The position numbers were made by a program, and so were the translations under genes. Shown piece after piece: positions 40,219-51,792 of a stretch of 64,000 nucleotides of DNA. Position 1 is the first letter of the stretch, and every line of letters starts with the position of its first letter. Origin of the DNA: Cyanophyceae cyanobacterium (GTDB lineage: Bacteria > Cyanobacteriota > Cyanobacteriia > Cyanobacteriales > JBHJGN01). The stretch lies in the NCBI GenBank assembly GCA_050331735.1, contig JBHJGN010000029.1, positions 128,001-192,000 on the forward strand, given 5' to 3'. The notes under the pieces were generated by a model. The model saw only the letters and a list, made by a program, of their open reading frames with translations. It was not told the origin of the DNA and did not search any database.

Positions 40219-41040
40219 ATGCCAGAAGGACCAGAAATTAAACGAGCTGCCGATGCGATCGCCTCTGCCCTCGTTGAACGACCGGTTGTGGAACTCTTTT
40301 TTGCCTTTGAGCGGCTGAAGCTTTATGAGCAGAAGCTTGCCGGAACAACGGTAACAACGGTACAGCCGCGAGGAAAAGCAATGCTGATTCGCTTTGACAA
40401 CGAACTGAGTATCTACAGCCACAATCAGCTTTACGGTCAGTGGATTGTTCGCAACGCTTATTCTTATCCGGAGACTAATCGCCAATTACGTCTGGCGATT
40501 CACAATTCCCAAAAATCAGCGCTCCTCTACAGTGCTTCGGATATTGAGGTGCTTAACGACGATGATATTGCCATGCACCCTTTCCTAAGCAAGCTTGGTC
40601 CCGATGTTCTCGCGCCATCAACAACAGTAGAACAGGTCGAGCAACGCCTGCAAGACCAGCGCTTTGCTCGCCGACAGTTCACTTCTTTGCTTTTAGATCA
40701 GCATTTCTTGAGCGGATTGGGAAACTACCTGCGCAGCGAAATCCTGTTTGTGGCAAGAATTCATCCCACTCAACGACCGATAGATTGTCTGCCTAAGCTC
40801 CCTCGCCTAGCGGCGGCAAGTCTTTCTGTTTCTCGGCAATCCTACGAGACAGGAGGGATTACCAACGATCTCGAACAAGCGCGTCGGCTCAAGGAGCAAG
40901 GAGTTAAACGGGCCGAGTATCGTCACTGGGTTTTCAACCGCGCAGAGCGTCCGTGCTTTGCTTGTGACACTAAAATAGTCAAGGCGGTGTCGGGAGGACG
41001 GCGCTATTACTACTGTCCCTACTGTCAGTCAAAGACTTAA
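40219..41040 (+). CDS. nei: Endonuclease VIII (Fpg/Nei DNA glycosylase)
   Basis: MPEGPE N-terminus, RGKAML, YSHNQLYG, LLDQ..SGLGNYLRSE, C-terminal Cys zinc finger. Confidence 0.93.
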   Translation: MPEGPEIKRAADAIASALVERPVVELFFAFERLKLYEQKLAGTTVTTVQPRGKAMLIRFDNELSIYSHNQLYGQWIVRNAYSYPETNRQLRLAIHNSQKSALLYSASDIEVLNDDDIAMHPFLSKLGPDVLAPSTTVEQVEQRLQDQRFARRQFTSLLLDQHFLSGLGNYLRSEILFVARIHPTQRPIDCLPKLPRLAAASLSVSRQSYETGGITNDLEQARRLKEQGVKRAEYRHWVFNRAERPCFACDTKIVKAVSGGRRYYYCPYCQSKT

Positions 41041-41148
41041 TTCCAATTCTGAGAAGTAAGATTATAGATGCGTATTAGGGGAAACGGGGAAAGGGTAAGG
41101 GGGAGAGGTCATTTTCTACCCGGAGCGCGTCTACCTTGAAAAACGATA
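41041..41148 (+). mobile_element. Degenerate ~108-bp relative of the TACCA MITE
   Basis: taa-TTCCAATTCTGAGAAGTAA...G-rich tract...CTACCTTGAAAAACGATA-taa. Confidence 0.45.
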
Positions 41149-41175
41149 TAACCTGCACTCATAGCGATTGTACGG

Positions 41176-41868
41176 ATGAAAAAAATCCTGATTGTTGTTC
41201 ATCAAGCGACTTCTACCCCTGGTTTAGTGGGCAAGCTGCTGCAAACGAGGGGCTATGAGTTGGATATCCGGAAACCAAGCTTGGGCGATCGCCTGCCAGA
41301 AACGATGGCTGAGCATGAAGCCGTGATTATTTTTGGCGGTCCGATGAGTGCCAATGACGATCGCACCCTGCCCCACATTCGTCAAGAACTGGACTGGATA
41401 CCTGTTGCGCTTAACTCCAACAAACCGTTTCTGGGCATTTGCCTAGGAGCACAACTGCTGGCACGAGTGCTCGGGGCTAAGGTCACTCCTCACCCAGAAG
41501 GCATGAGAGAAATTGGCTACTATCCAATTCGCACCACGCCAGCCGGACAAGCGCAGTTTGATTCACTAAAGTACGTTTACCACTGGCACCAAGAAGGCTT
41601 TGATTTACCGAGCGGAGCCGTGGCTCTAGCGGAGGGAGAAACGTTTGCTAATCAAGCTTTTCGTTACGGGAAACGGGCCTACGGCTTTCAGTTCCATCCA
41701 GAAATGACGAGAGCCTTAATGAGGTTATGGATGTCAAAGGCCGCCGAGCAACTCAGCTTTCCTGGCGCACAGTCGCCGAGTCAACAGCTACAGCTTCAGG
41801 CACTCTATGGCAGACAAGGCAAACAGTGGCTCAAAGAATTCCTAAGCACTTGGTTGAACGGTAGCTGA
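41176..41868 (+). CDS. Class I glutamine amidotransferase family protein
   Basis: GGPMSAND, LGICLGAQL and QFHPE catalytic motifs. Confidence 0.9.
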   Translation: MKKILIVVHQATSTPGLVGKLLQTRGYELDIRKPSLGDRLPETMAEHEAVIIFGGPMSANDDRTLPHIRQELDWIPVALNSNKPFLGICLGAQLLARVLGAKVTPHPEGMREIGYYPIRTTPAGQAQFDSLKYVYHWHQEGFDLPSGAVALAEGETFANQAFRYGKRAYGFQFHPEMTRALMRLWMSKAAEQLSFPGAQSPSQQLQLQALYGRQGKQWLKEFLSTWLNGS

Positions 41869-42249
41869 GTCACTGGCGTATCTCCAATAGTCTAGACCAA
41901 CCCCGTTTAAGTAATGACAATTAACGATTAACAATTATTCCACCTAACCACTATTTATCCAGTGACGCCGCTTTTAAAACTCGACCTGTCGCTCATGTAA
42001 CCGCATCACTCTTCAGCACATACGCTATCGGACAGACATTGCTCTAGAACCAATGGTAATTAGTGACCGTTTTTCTATCCTATGGAATATGCAGAAAGGA
42101 AGAAGCGCACTGTAGACTAGCTAACATTCTGGAAGACTATTCATGCGTCTCGACTGCTGGCGAGCTGGTTAGCCGGTAGCTCAACAAATACTGCTTGGCT
42201 CAGTCGAGGTTCTCCTTCCTAGAAACTGTTGACAAGTAGTGACCGATCC

Positions 42250-45200
42250 ATGAGTGCTTCAACAGCAAAGGCAGACAACTTTTTTATTATTGGCATTGGG
42301 GCTTCTGCTGGTGGCGTTCAGGCGTTAGAGGCTTTCTTTAAGCATCTGCCCGATCACCCGAATGGAGCCTTTGTGGTGGTCCAGCATCTGTCACCCAGTC
42401 ATAAAAGCATGATGACGGAAATCTTACAGCGCCGGACGACGCTGCCTGTACAGGAAATTGCCAACAATATGAGGGTTGAGCCCGGTCATGTTTATGTCCT
42501 ACCACCGGGCAAAAATCTCGTCCTCCAGAAACGCCAGTTTCGCCTTCAGAAACAGACCAATACGCTTGATTATCCCATCGACCAGTTTTTTCGCTCCCTC
42601 GCGCAGGGGTGGGGAGAACGAACGGTGGCGATTTTGCTGTCGGGAACGGGCAATGACGGAACGGAAGGACTCCAGGCAATTAGTCGCGTCGGCGGAGTGG
42701 CACTCGTCCAGTCGCCGGAAACGGCTCATTTCACGAGTATGCCGACCAGTCCGATTCCTTCTGGCTTAGTCGATGAAATCTTGTCTCCTCAAGACCTGGC
42801 TCAAACTGTCTACGAACTGATTCGCTATTCCGACAACTTCCCGCAGCCGACTTCAGAAGAGGTCAATCTGATCGATCCGGCTCAGCTCCAGCAGATTTTA
42901 GATATCTTAGCAGAACGAGAAGAGATCGACTTTTCCCACTACAAAGTCAGTACGCTCAGCCGTCGCATCTACCATCGCTGTGCTTTGACCAACAGCAGCG
43001 ATTTAAACAGCTACATTGAGCAGCTCAAAAATTCCGACGAAGAACAAAAACGGCTGCGTCAGGATTTATTAATCGGGGCCACCTGCTTTTTTCGCGATCC
43101 GCCAGCGTGGGAATTTCTCGAGGAGCAGGTATTGCCACAGCTAATTGCGAGTATACAGCCCCAGCAGCAGCTACGAGTGTGGGTTTCGGCCTGTGCCACT
43201 GGAGAAGAAGCCTACTCCGTGGCGATTCTCATTGATGAGGCGATCGCCAAGGCGAAGAAACCCATGTCCGTAAAAATCTTTGCCACTGATTTGGATGCCG
43301 AAGCCCTCGAAGCGGCGGCCAGAGGAGTTTACCCAGAAAATATTGCCAGTCACGTTTCTCCGGAGCGATTGGAGAAATATTTTACTCGCACAAACGATGG
43401 CTATCAGGTCAAGCCATCCCTCAGAGAGATGTTGACGGTTGCTCCCCACGACCTGACCAAAAACGCTGGTTTTTCAAAAATGCAGCTAGTGAGCTGTCGT
43501 AACGTACTCATTTATATGCAGCCCCAGCTTCAGCAACAGGTAATCCGCCTCCTTCAGTTTGCCCTAGCGTCCCAGGGTGTTCTTTTTCTCGGTCACTCGG
43601 AATCCCTCGGCGATTTTGCCGGAGACTTCACCACGCTAGAGCCGAAGTGGAAGATTTTCCGCAAGCGCCGAGAAGCACGGCTGTCGCTGATGCCCATTGC
43701 CCGACAGACGGTTGTGGCTCCCCTGCGACCCTCAACACGAATCAAAAATCGCCTGAATACCCTAGAGCGTCAGCTTGGAGAAGTCTTTAAATATTGCTTA
43801 AACGAGCGGCAGATGACCTGTTTACTCGTCGATCACAACAATCAACTGCTGCGCGTTTTTTACAACACCACTGGGTTGCTTCAGTTTCCAGTCGGAGAAG
43901 CCAATTTTGAGGTCACGGAGATCGTGCCAGCGGCGCTAAAGCTACCGCTCAGTACGGCGCTCCACCGAACGAAGCGAGATCGAGAAACCGTGCTCTACGC
44001 CGGAATTAAACTAGAGCGAGAGGGGCAAGAACAAAACGTGAGCTTGCGAGTCGGACCCGACCGCAGCTCGGCGCTAGAAGATAGTTTCATCATTGTGATA
44101 GAAGTAGAAGTGCCGCCATCCCCAACCTCTGCTATTCAGTTAGATGTTGGCGAAGAAGCGTCGCAACAGATTAGCGAACTGGAGTACGAACTTCAGCAAA
44201 CCCGCGAGAATTTGCAGGTCACCATTGAAGAACTAGAAACGAGCAACGAAGAGCAGCAGGCTACCAACGAAGAACTGCTCGCCTCTAATGAGGAGCTCCA
44301 AAGTACCAACGAAGAACTACAGTCGGTCAACGAGGAACTTTACACCGTCAATGCTGAGTACCAGAGCAAAATCCAGGAATTGACCCAGCTCAATAGCGAC
44401 ATGGACAATTTGCTCCGCAGTACTGAAATTGGCGTACTCTTTCTCGACGATCGCCTGAATATTCGCAAGTTTACGCCCGCCGTTACTCAAGTTGTCAACC
44501 TTAAGTCAGCGGATTTGGGTCGTCCTCTAGCCGATCTCACCAACAATCTCGATTGCCCCAATTTACTCGCCATGCTTCAGCAGACTCTCGATAGTGGAGA
44601 AGCTTCAGAGCAGGAAGTGAAAACTTCAGAGGGCGTGTTGCTGATGCGGATTAATCCTTATCTTGAAACCAACGATGGTCAAAATGGGGTTGTTGTAACG
44701 TTTATCAGTATTGACGAACAAAAAAACGTTCAGGAGCAACTCGATCGCTTAAACGCCATTTTAGAAAATATCTATGCAACCAGCCCAGCGGGTTTAAGCC
44801 TCTTCGATCAGAACCTGAGATACTCCAAGGTTAACCAGGCGTTAGCCGATATCAACGGTGTTTCGGTTGAAGAACATCTTGGTAAAACCGTCAGAGAAGT
44901 TTTGCCAGAGTTAGCAGAACGGATCGAGCCAATCTTGCAGCAGGTCATTGCTAGCGGTGAGCCGATTAAAAATATTGAAATTCGGGGCCGGACATCATCA
45001 GCTCCCGAGCAAGAGCGCTGCTGGACAGCAAGTTACTACCCCGTCGATCTCCTGGACGACAAGCGAGGCGTGGGGGCGGTCGTGGTCGAAATGACTGAGC
45101 GCCTTCAGGCAGAAGAGGCGCTGCAACGCAGCGAGGCGAAGCTTTTAGAGGCACAACATCTCGCCGGACTCGGCAATTGGGAATTAACGGAGGAAGAATT

Positions 45201-46710
45201 TAAGTTGACCACGGCGCGACCAGTCTGGTCGAAGGAACTGTATCGCATCTACGGATTTGACCCGCAACAGCCGCCTCCTATCTTGGCTCAACTGCTGGAG
45301 CACCACGCTCCAGACGACCGCGTACTGCTAGAAGGCGCGCTTGCCCGCCTTGTTGCCGAGGGAGCCTCCTTTCGCCTGGATGTCAAATTTCAGCGCCCGG
45401 ATGGAGAGGAGCGCTACCTCAACATGACCGGACGAGGGATGCAGGACGAGCAGGGAGTGATCAAGATTTATGGAACCGTCACAGACATCACAGAGCGCAA
45501 GCAAGCTGAAGCCAGCCTGCTCCAGCAGAAACAGGCGTTGGAAGAAGCGATCGCCGTGGCTCAAGCTGCTGACTCTGCTAATCAGGCCAAGAGCGAGTTC
45601 CTGGCCAATATGAGCCACGAAATTCGTACGCCCCTCAATTCGATGCTCGGTTTTTGCGAACTGCTGTCTCGAACTCAACTTAACCCCGTTCAATCCCAGT
45701 ATTTGAAAACGATTCAAGCAAATGGCAAAAATCTCTTGACGGTCATTAGCGATATTCTCGATCTGTCTAAACTAGAAGCGAGGGAACTGCGGCTAGATCT
45801 GCGCGAGTTTGACGTTAGTAGTTTATCTCAGTCAGTTCTTAATTCCTTTGCTCCCCAAGCGGAAGCCAAAGGACTGAACTTAGTCTCTACAATCGCTGCG
45901 GATATTCCCCAACGCTCAGTTGGAGATGATTTTCGCCTTCAGCAAGTCCTTGGCAATCTGCTGAGCAACGCCATTAAATTCACTGAAACCGGGCAGATCG
46001 AGCTAGCCGTTTCAGTTGATCGCTCAGCACAGCAGCCCCGGCTGCGTTTTCGCATTCGAGATACAGGCATCGGCATTGCTGATGAGGAACAAGAAAAGTT
46101 ATTTCAGCCCTTTACGCAAGCAGATGCCTCAATTACTCGTCAGTACGGCGGTACGGGCCTAGGATTAACCATTTGCCGGAGAATTGTGCAGTTAATGGGT
46201 GGCACGATTGGCGTAGACAGCACCCCAGGGGAAGGCTCGACGTTCTGGTTTGCGGTCCCCCTAATTTCGGCAGCAGAGGAGGCGGGGAAGAGCGATTTAA
46301 ACCCATCCTCTACCTCAGCTCCTGCTCGTTTAGAGGAATTAAGGGTGCTAGTGGTGGATGATCGCCCAGATGGACGGAACCTGATGCTCCTGTTGCTAGA
46401 GGATTTGGGCTGTCAGACTCATTGGGCGAGTGACGGTCAGGAGGCTCTCGCCCGTCTAGCTGAACGCGAGTACGATGTTGTGCTGATGGACTGTCAAATG
46501 CCCGTGATGGACGGGTATCAGGCGACGCGAAGGCTGCGCCAGCGGAACGGGCAGCACCAGCCAGTTGTGATCGGGCTCACGGCTCATGCCCTTGAGGGCG
46601 ATCGCGAAAAGTGTTTGGCGGCGGGAATGGATGATTATTTGAGTAAACCCATTGATATCGACCTCTTGGAACAGCGCCTCTTACAGTGGTCGGAAGCGCG
46701 CAGAAGCTAG
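42250..46710 (+). CDS. CheB-CheR-PAS hybrid histidine kinase / response regulator
   Basis: CheB (GASAGG, QHL, GNDG), CheR ([22 protein letters not shown]), NEELQ coiled coil, PAS domains, [27 protein letters not shown], receiver (LMDCQMP, KP). Confidence 0.93.
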   Translation: MSASTAKADNFFIIGIGASAGGVQALEAFFKHLPDHPNGAFVVVQHLSPSHKSMMTEILQRRTTLPVQEIANNMRVEPGHVYVLPPGKNLVLQKRQFRLQKQTNTLDYPIDQFFRSLAQGWGERTVAILLSGTGNDGTEGLQAISRVGGVALVQSPETAHFTSMPTSPIPSGLVDEILSPQDLAQTVYELIRYSDNFPQPTSEEVNLIDPAQLQQILDILAEREEIDFSHYKVSTLSRRIYHRCALTNSSDLNSYIEQLKNSDEEQKRLRQDLLIGATCFFRDPPAWEFLEEQVLPQLIASIQPQQQLRVWVSACATGEEAYSVAILIDEAIAKAKKPMSVKIFATDLDAEALEAAARGVYPENIASHVSPERLEKYFTRTNDGYQVKPSLREMLTVAPHDLTKNAGFSKMQLVSCRNVLIYMQPQLQQQVIRLLQFALASQGVLFLGHSESLGDFAGDFTTLEPKWKIFRKRREARLSLMPIARQTVVAPLRPSTRIKNRLNTLERQLGEVFKYCLNERQMTCLLVDHNNQLLRVFYNTTGLLQFPVGEANFEVTEIVPAALKLPLSTALHRTKRDRETVLYAGIKLEREGQEQNVSLRVGPDRSSALEDSFIIVIEVEVPPSPTSAIQLDVGEEASQQISELEYELQQTRENLQVTIEELETSNEEQQATNEELLASNEELQSTNEELQSVNEELYTVNAEYQSKIQELTQLNSDMDNLLRSTEIGVLFLDDRLNIRKFTPAVTQVVNLKSADLGRPLADLTNNLDCPNLLAMLQQTLDSGEASEQEVKTSEGVLLMRINPYLETNDGQNGVVVTFISIDEQKNVQEQLDRLNAILENIYATSPAGLSLFDQNLRYSKVNQALADINGVSVEEHLGKTVREVLPELAERIEPILQQVIASGEPIKNIEIRGRTSSAPEQERCWTASYYPVDLLDDKRGVGAVVVEMTERLQAEEALQRSEAKLLEAQHLAGLGNWELTEEEFKLTTARPVWSKELYRIYGFDPQQPPPILAQLLEHHAPDDRVLLEGALARLVAEGASFRLDVKFQRPDGEERYLNMTGRGMQDEQGVIKIYGTVTDITERKQAEASLLQQKQALEEAIAVAQAADSANQAKSEFLANMSHEIRTPLNSMLGFCELLSRTQLNPVQSQYLKTIQANGKNLLTVISDILDLSKLEARELRLDLREFDVSSLSQSVLNSFAPQAEAKGLNLVSTIAADIPQRSVGDDFRLQQVLGNLLSNAIKFTETGQIELAVSVDRSAQQPRLRFRIRDTGIGIADEEQEKLFQPFTQADASITRQYGGTGLGLTICRRIVQLMGGTIGVDSTPGEGSTFWFAVPLISAAEEAGKSDLNPSSTSAPARLEELRVLVVDDRPDGRNLMLLLLEDLGCQTHWASDGQEALARLAEREYDVVLMDCQMPVMDGYQATRRLRQRNGQHQPVVIGLTAHALEGDREKCLAAGMDDYLSKPIDIDLLEQRLLQWSEARRS

Positions 46711-47681
46711 CGATGGGTTAAGACAATCTTGCCAACGGCATGACTTTTTTCGCTGTAGTCGTGGGCTTTAACAATTTCCGAGAGGGGATAAACCCGATCA
46801 ATGACGGAGTGAACTTTGCCAGATTCAACGAGCTGCCGGAGTGCCTTGAGGTCGCGGTAGCTTGGTTGAGCCAACACCAATTTGGCCTTCTTACAGGGTA
46901 GCAAGGAGGATATCAAGGACGGAGCCAGATTGAGGGGAGTTGGGAGCGTAGAAATATAAATTCCTTGAGGGGTGAGTGCCTGTTCGCACTCAAAAAACGT
47001 TCGTTTGCCCACAGCATCGAAAATAATGTCGTACTCCTTAAGCAGTTGGGTAAAGTCTTGCTGAGAGTAATCGATAACGGCTTCAGCCCCCAAAGACTGC
47101 ACGAGGTCGAAGTTTTTGGAGCTGCACACCGCCGTTACTTGGGCAAACATCGCTTTGGCAATCTGCACGGCAAACGTCCCGACTCCGCCAGAAGCTCCAT
47201 TAATGAGCACCTGCTGTCCGGGGCGCATCTGGCCTAAATCGAGCAAGGACTGTAGCGCCGTGAGCGCCGCCACTGGAACCGCCGCCGCTTCCTCAAAGCT
47301 CATATTGCCAGGTTTAGGGGCCGTTCCTGACTCCGGAGCCGCAACATACTCTGCATAGGCTCCTCCGTCTAGCGGATTGACCATGCCGTACACCTCATCG
47401 CCCGGTTGAAACAGAGTCACCTCTGCGCCAACGGCTTCTACGACTCCCGCGAAATCGCAGCCGAGGATGAGGGGAAAGTCATAGCCCGACAGAAGCTGGA
47501 GGTCGCCTTTCCTAATCTTCCAATCTACCGGATTTACGCTAGAGGCATACACTCTCACGAGGAGGCGGTTGGGGGCAAGTGCTGGCTGGTCTACGTCTCG
47601 GTACTGCAAGACATCGGAGAGACCGTATTGATTAATCGTGACGGCTTTCATCGCAGGTGGGATCGGCAGGAAGGTTTTCAA
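46707..47681 (-). CDS. MDR-family NAD(P)-dependent oxidoreductase (quinone reductase-like)
   Basis: [22 protein letters not shown] and GKIVL motifs. Confidence 0.9.
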   Translation of the reverse strand: MKTFLPIPPAMKAVTINQYGLSDVLQYRDVDQPALAPNRLLVRVYASSVNPVDWKIRKGDLQLLSGYDFPLILGCDFAGVVEAVGAEVTLFQPGDEVYGMVNPLDGGAYAEYVAAPESGTAPKPGNMSFEEAAAVPVAALTALQSLLDLGQMRPGQQVLINGASGGVGTFAVQIAKAMFAQVTAVCSSKNFDLVQSLGAEAVIDYSQQDFTQLLKEYDIIFDAVGKRTFFECEQALTPQGIYISTLPTPLNLAPSLISSLLPCKKAKLVLAQPSYRDLKALRQLVESGKVHSVIDRVYPLSEIVKAHDYSEKSHAVGKIVLTHR

Positions 47682-47918
47682 TCATCTTAAGCGGATTCTG
47701 CCGTCATTTTAATGCCGAGAGGTGCGGCGATATTCGATGCTGACAGTGGCAGCAGTACCGCAAATAGGCCGCTCTACGTCTGTTAACTCTAGCTCTGGGA
47801 CTGCGCTAGTTCTTCCTCAGACAGAGGCCAAGGAGGACCATCGCCTGCTGCCAGTCGGGGTCGAGGTTGAATAAAAATGAAGCAGTGATGATTTAAGTTT
47901 AACGGTGTCGGCAACGTC

Positions 47919-48668
47919 ATGTCCCAAATTCAACTACTCGAAGAACTCTCCCTCAATGCTTGGCCTGCCCTCCAGCAAATCCTCTACGATGGCTGGCTAC
48001 TCCGATTTGCGGAAGGATATACAAAACGCGCCAATTCGGTAAATGTCGTCTATCCGGGACGGCGAAATTTGCGAGAAAAAGTGACCAGGTGCGAACAAAT
48101 TTATCGCCGTAAAAACCTTACGCCCATTTTTCGGATCACTCCTTTAGCTCCCCCTGATTTAGATCGACTATTAGCGAACAGCGGCTACGGTAAACGAGAT
48201 TTAGTGAGCGTTCGAGTGAGAGATTTAAGCGACGCTCAGTTCATCACGCCATCAAAGCAGGCATCATTTCACAGTGAAAACTGGTTGACCCAAGAATGGC
48301 TCGATCACTTCGTCCACATCAGTCATCTGCCGCTCACCGAGTGGGAACTGCTCGCCGCTATTCTGCAAAACATTGCGGCTCAAACCTGCTTTGCGTTTTT
48401 GGTCAAGAATGCTCAAGTTGTCTCCTGCGGCATAGGAGTTCTCGAAAAACACTCCTTGGGACTGTTTGACATCATTACGGCTCAGTCTCAGCGGCGACAG
48501 GGCTATGCTCAGGAGCTGATTGCCGGAATGATAGCGTGGGGAAAAAACCACGGAGCTACTCAGGCTTATCTGCAAGTTGTAATGGAGAATAAACCAGCTC
48601 TGGAGCTGTATCGCCAGCTCGGATTCGAGGAAGTCTATCAGTATTATTACCGAATTAAGCAGCAGTAA
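47919..48668 (+). CDS. GNAT family N-acetyltransferase
   Basis: GWLLRFAEGYTKRANSV, RRQGYA and AYLQV...N..A..LYRQLGF motifs. Confidence 0.9.
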   Translation: MSQIQLLEELSLNAWPALQQILYDGWLLRFAEGYTKRANSVNVVYPGRRNLREKVTRCEQIYRRKNLTPIFRITPLAPPDLDRLLANSGYGKRDLVSVRVRDLSDAQFITPSKQASFHSENWLTQEWLDHFVHISHLPLTEWELLAAILQNIAAQTCFAFLVKNAQVVSCGIGVLEKHSLGLFDIITAQSQRRQGYAQELIAGMIAWGKNHGATQAYLQVVMENKPALELYRQLGFEEVYQYYYRIKQQ

Positions 48669-48795
48669 CTTGACCTGGATACCGGGCGATCGCTAGTTTG
48701 TTATCGGTTATAGTAAGCTGAGGGTAAGGAGTTGGTCATCGATCAAGACTGCTTCCCACTGACCTAAGCTCAACTTCTCTAATTCTTGTCAACCA

Positions 48796-49689
48796 TCAAC
48801 CATCTTGGGGATAATCTACAAGAGCAGATGGAGATACTGAAAAAGTAATTTGAACGCGGATACGATTGTAGAGGAGTGCAATCTTCTGAAATACAGTTGA
48901 AAAAGGCTGAAAAAATTTTCGTCCCGAGCGCTCAATCTGACGCTGCTTCTCAAAATAGACAATCTTCGCCTCTGGCGTAGTTTGTCCTTTTCTAATTTTA
49001 GTTCTTTCGATGCGATCATCAAAGAAGTCTAAGCCAGCCATTTCGCTACGGTAAACGGGAAAATGACTTTTGCCCGCAGCTAAAGCCATAGCATAGGTTG
49101 GGTGTTTATGCATTCCCAAGGTATCAGCATAGATTGCCAGCTCCCCCCACGTCTTCAGAAAGTCATACTCTCGTCCTTCATCAGCCGTAACGACAAACAA
49201 AAACTCATTGATGAATTTCAATTCTGTAGATTTAAGCTCAACACCGACTCGGGCAGCCATTTTGTCAATGACTTGCTTTTTGTGCTGAAACTTAGGCGAG
49301 TCGGCATGTTTGTTCAATTGTTTGTTGAGATGTTCCTGTAAACTTCCACAGCTACGTGCCGTCAAGCCAGGAAGAAAATGAAGCGGAGGAACCGGAGCAC
49401 AAATTCTGACATCGGCATCTAAGTACATGACGGAAGAAGCTCTAGAAAGAGCTTCCCAGATTACAAATCTTCTTTCGTGGTAAGGCATTACTCCTCGGCA
49501 CGAATGTTTGACTGCCTGTACGTTCGGGCAGCCTTCGAATAGATGAGGTCTATCTGTATAAACAAGCAAGAGGAAACCTGGAGCGAATTCGTGTAAATCT
49601 TGAGCGAGAAGCTGTGCCATCAGATTATACTTCTCGCCAAAAGCAGATGTACAAAAACAAAGAGACGAGTTGGCTTTACTGTCTTCCAT
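48796..49689 (-). CDS. Putative GT-A glycosyltransferase
   Basis: FCTSAFGEKY N-terminus, VYTD, YLDAD (DxD motif). Confidence 0.6.
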   Translation of the reverse strand: MEDSKANSSLCFCTSAFGEKYNLMAQLLAQDLHEFAPGFLLLVYTDRPHLFEGCPNVQAVKHSCRGVMPYHERRFVIWEALSRASSVMYLDADVRICAPVPPLHFLPGLTARSCGSLQEHLNKQLNKHADSPKFQHKKQVIDKMAARVGVELKSTELKFINEFLFVVTADEGREYDFLKTWGELAIYADTLGMHKHPTYAMALAAGKSHFPVYRSEMAGLDFFDDRIERTKIRKGQTTPEAKIVYFEKQRQIERSGRKFFQPFSTVFQKIALLYNRIRVQITFSVSPSALVDYPQDG

Positions 49690-49818
49690 AAGGTAAGGGA
49701 TATCGGCCCGCCAACTAGATGCAGGCGATTAATATTTCGTTTAAAGTTAAACACCAACGCTGCCATTTTATGCTGTTACTTTCTATCGGTCAAAAGTAAG
49801 CGAGAAACAGCGGTCGGG

Positions 49819-50661
49819 CTATAAGATTGGACCAAATATCTCCTCAGAAAGTTCATTGAGTTCTTTGTTTGCTAAGACCTTTAGCATGACTGGGTGATCT
49901 AAGTATTTTTGATATCGAAGCAGCACAGGCATTTGACTTGCCTTACCATCATAAGCCGTTTTGTCAAAAGAACTACCCCGACCAACAGCAGAAACCGTAT
50001 CAATGCCAGCATCTGTAAAAGATAACCCTAGAGATTGAGCAAGTTCCTGTCTATACTGCTTGTCGGTAAACCAGTAATTATAGTTGACAGAAACTCGATT
50101 TTGAAGGTAGCTCGATAACCCTAAGTATTCCTTGGCATGGTCTATCCATTTTTGAATGACCGCATGGGGATCGTCGAGCTTTTCGCCTCGCTTAATCAAG
50201 CTAGCGAAAGTATTATAAGGATCTCGCAAGAGCAGAAGATCAAAGCAACGTTGGCTTTTTCCTAAAAATTTCGTTCGTTTTTCCTCAAACCACGAGCCAA
50301 GAACCTGACTCAGAGTATAATGCTCGTAACTATGAATCAGTAAAGTCTTAAACTGTATTCTTAATTGTTCTCGATCTAGTTCTGGGCGGTTTCCTCCATA
50401 AATGTATGCAACATCAGGCTGTAGCGAATATTTGATGAAGCGGCGAAATTTAACGACGCCTTGATGATAAACAAGCGGATTAATTCCGCTGATGGTGGCT
50501 TCTGCAAAGCTTTTATAAGGATCTTTGTTCGTATAGAGTTTGACGTTGTTTAAATGAACAAAAGAGTCATTGTTTTGCTTAACAATCCAGTTTATAAGAG
50601 CATGATTGCCACTACGACGTAAACCAAAACAACTTATTTCCCGATTATTAACGTAGCTCAT
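49819..50661 (-). CDS. Putative sulfotransferase-fold protein
   Basis: GLRRSGNHA resembles the 5'-PAPS-binding loop; LLRDPYNTFAS resembles the 3'-phosphate-binding motif. Confidence 0.6.
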   Translation of the reverse strand: MSYVNNREISCFGLRRSGNHALINWIVKQNNDSFVHLNNVKLYTNKDPYKSFAEATISGINPLVYHQGVVKFRRFIKYSLQPDVAYIYGGNRPELDREQLRIQFKTLLIHSYEHYTLSQVLGSWFEEKRTKFLGKSQRCFDLLLLRDPYNTFASLIKRGEKLDDPHAVIQKWIDHAKEYLGLSSYLQNRVSVNYNYWFTDKQYRQELAQSLGLSFTDAGIDTVSAVGRGSSFDKTAYDGKASQMPVLLRYQKYLDHPVMLKVLANKELNELSEEIFGPIL

Positions 50662-50858
50662 TGTCTAATTTTTATTGCCAGCTTGAGGTTGGTTAATTAA
50701 ATTTTCTTGTATAATGCCTAATGAAACAGTGCCAAAAACTATTCTCTTGTTAGACTCACAAACCTCTAAGTCAATAGCAGTTAATTGGTTTAAGATCATA
50801 CTGACAGCCTTTACTCACCTGTCAATTAGTTTTACTGAAGTTTCTAAGAGGCTAGACA

Positions 50859-51782
50859 TCAATTATTGAAATCTAATGTGCTTTTAAGTTTTTCTTTAAT
50901 TTGCTGCCATCGACTCGGTTTGGTTGTGAGTTCCCTATCGGGTGGCGCTGAGGAATGAAGATAGCGGTAGTGCTTCCAAATATCCCAGTAAGGACAACCG
51001 GGATAAATTCGGATGCCTGCCCAATGGAGATATTGCAGAGGTTGATTCGTTTTTGGATCAATTAGAATGTTATCTTTCCTTTGAAAATGGTCACTGCCTG
51101 CCCAGCTACCGGGAGCTTTTCCAGGTCTGCGCACAATGTTAAAGCGTCGTTTAATTCGCTTTAACACCAAATAATTGATAATTGGCTGGTCTGACGTTTT
51201 TTGAGAAAAGTCGAAGTATTCTGGATGAGCGGCACATTCAGCAAATGATTCATAGAGTTCCGCTTCGGAAATGGCGTTTTTCTTCGAAGCCCAAAAGCCG
51301 CTGTTGAAAATATCGAGAAGATCGTCTTGGGTGAAAAGCTTTTCTTCAATGACTTTTGATGTAAAAACATTTTCAATGCCTCCAGTGTATTGATAATCGC
51401 AGCACAGAAAATCATAGTCTGTGAGGTAATTGAGATTGTCTACCAGTTTTTCAAAAACAACAACGTCTGTATCGATGTAGAGAAATTCATCAAATTCTCC
51501 TAACCAGCAGGCTAGCTTGCGTAGCTGATTAATGGGACGAGCAAAAAAACCTTGGCCAAAAATATCGTTGAGCTTTTGAGATAGCCTTTCAATCACTTCT
51601 AAATCGGCATAAACTTTGACTCCGTAATCTTTTGCTAGCAGACGAGCTAGGTTTTCGTAGTGATCGTTGTAGGGAATCAAGACAATCGGGGTCTGCGGAT
51701 CATACAGCCGAATGCTGTTCAGCAGGGCGATCGCCTGTTCGGTCACTTTGTCGTTGGCGGTAATATAAATTCCACGGCTCAT
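50859..51782 (-). CDS. Putative GT-A glycosyltransferase (Npun_R2821/R2822-like)
   Basis: GIYITAND, ALLNSI, YIDTD, FNSGF, DQPIINY and YLHW motifs. Confidence 0.75.
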   Translation of the reverse strand: MSRGIYITANDKVTEQAIALLNSIRLYDPQTPIVLIPYNDHYENLARLLAKDYGVKVYADLEVIERLSQKLNDIFGQGFFARPINQLRKLACWLGEFDEFLYIDTDVVVFEKLVDNLNYLTDYDFLCCDYQYTGGIENVFTSKVIEEKLFTQDDLLDIFNSGFWASKKNAISEAELYESFAECAAHPEYFDFSQKTSDQPIINYLVLKRIKRRFNIVRRPGKAPGSWAGSDHFQRKDNILIDPKTNQPLQYLHWAGIRIYPGCPYWDIWKHYRYLHSSAPPDRELTTKPSRWQQIKEKLKSTLDFNN

Positions 51783-51792
51783 GATTGACTCC

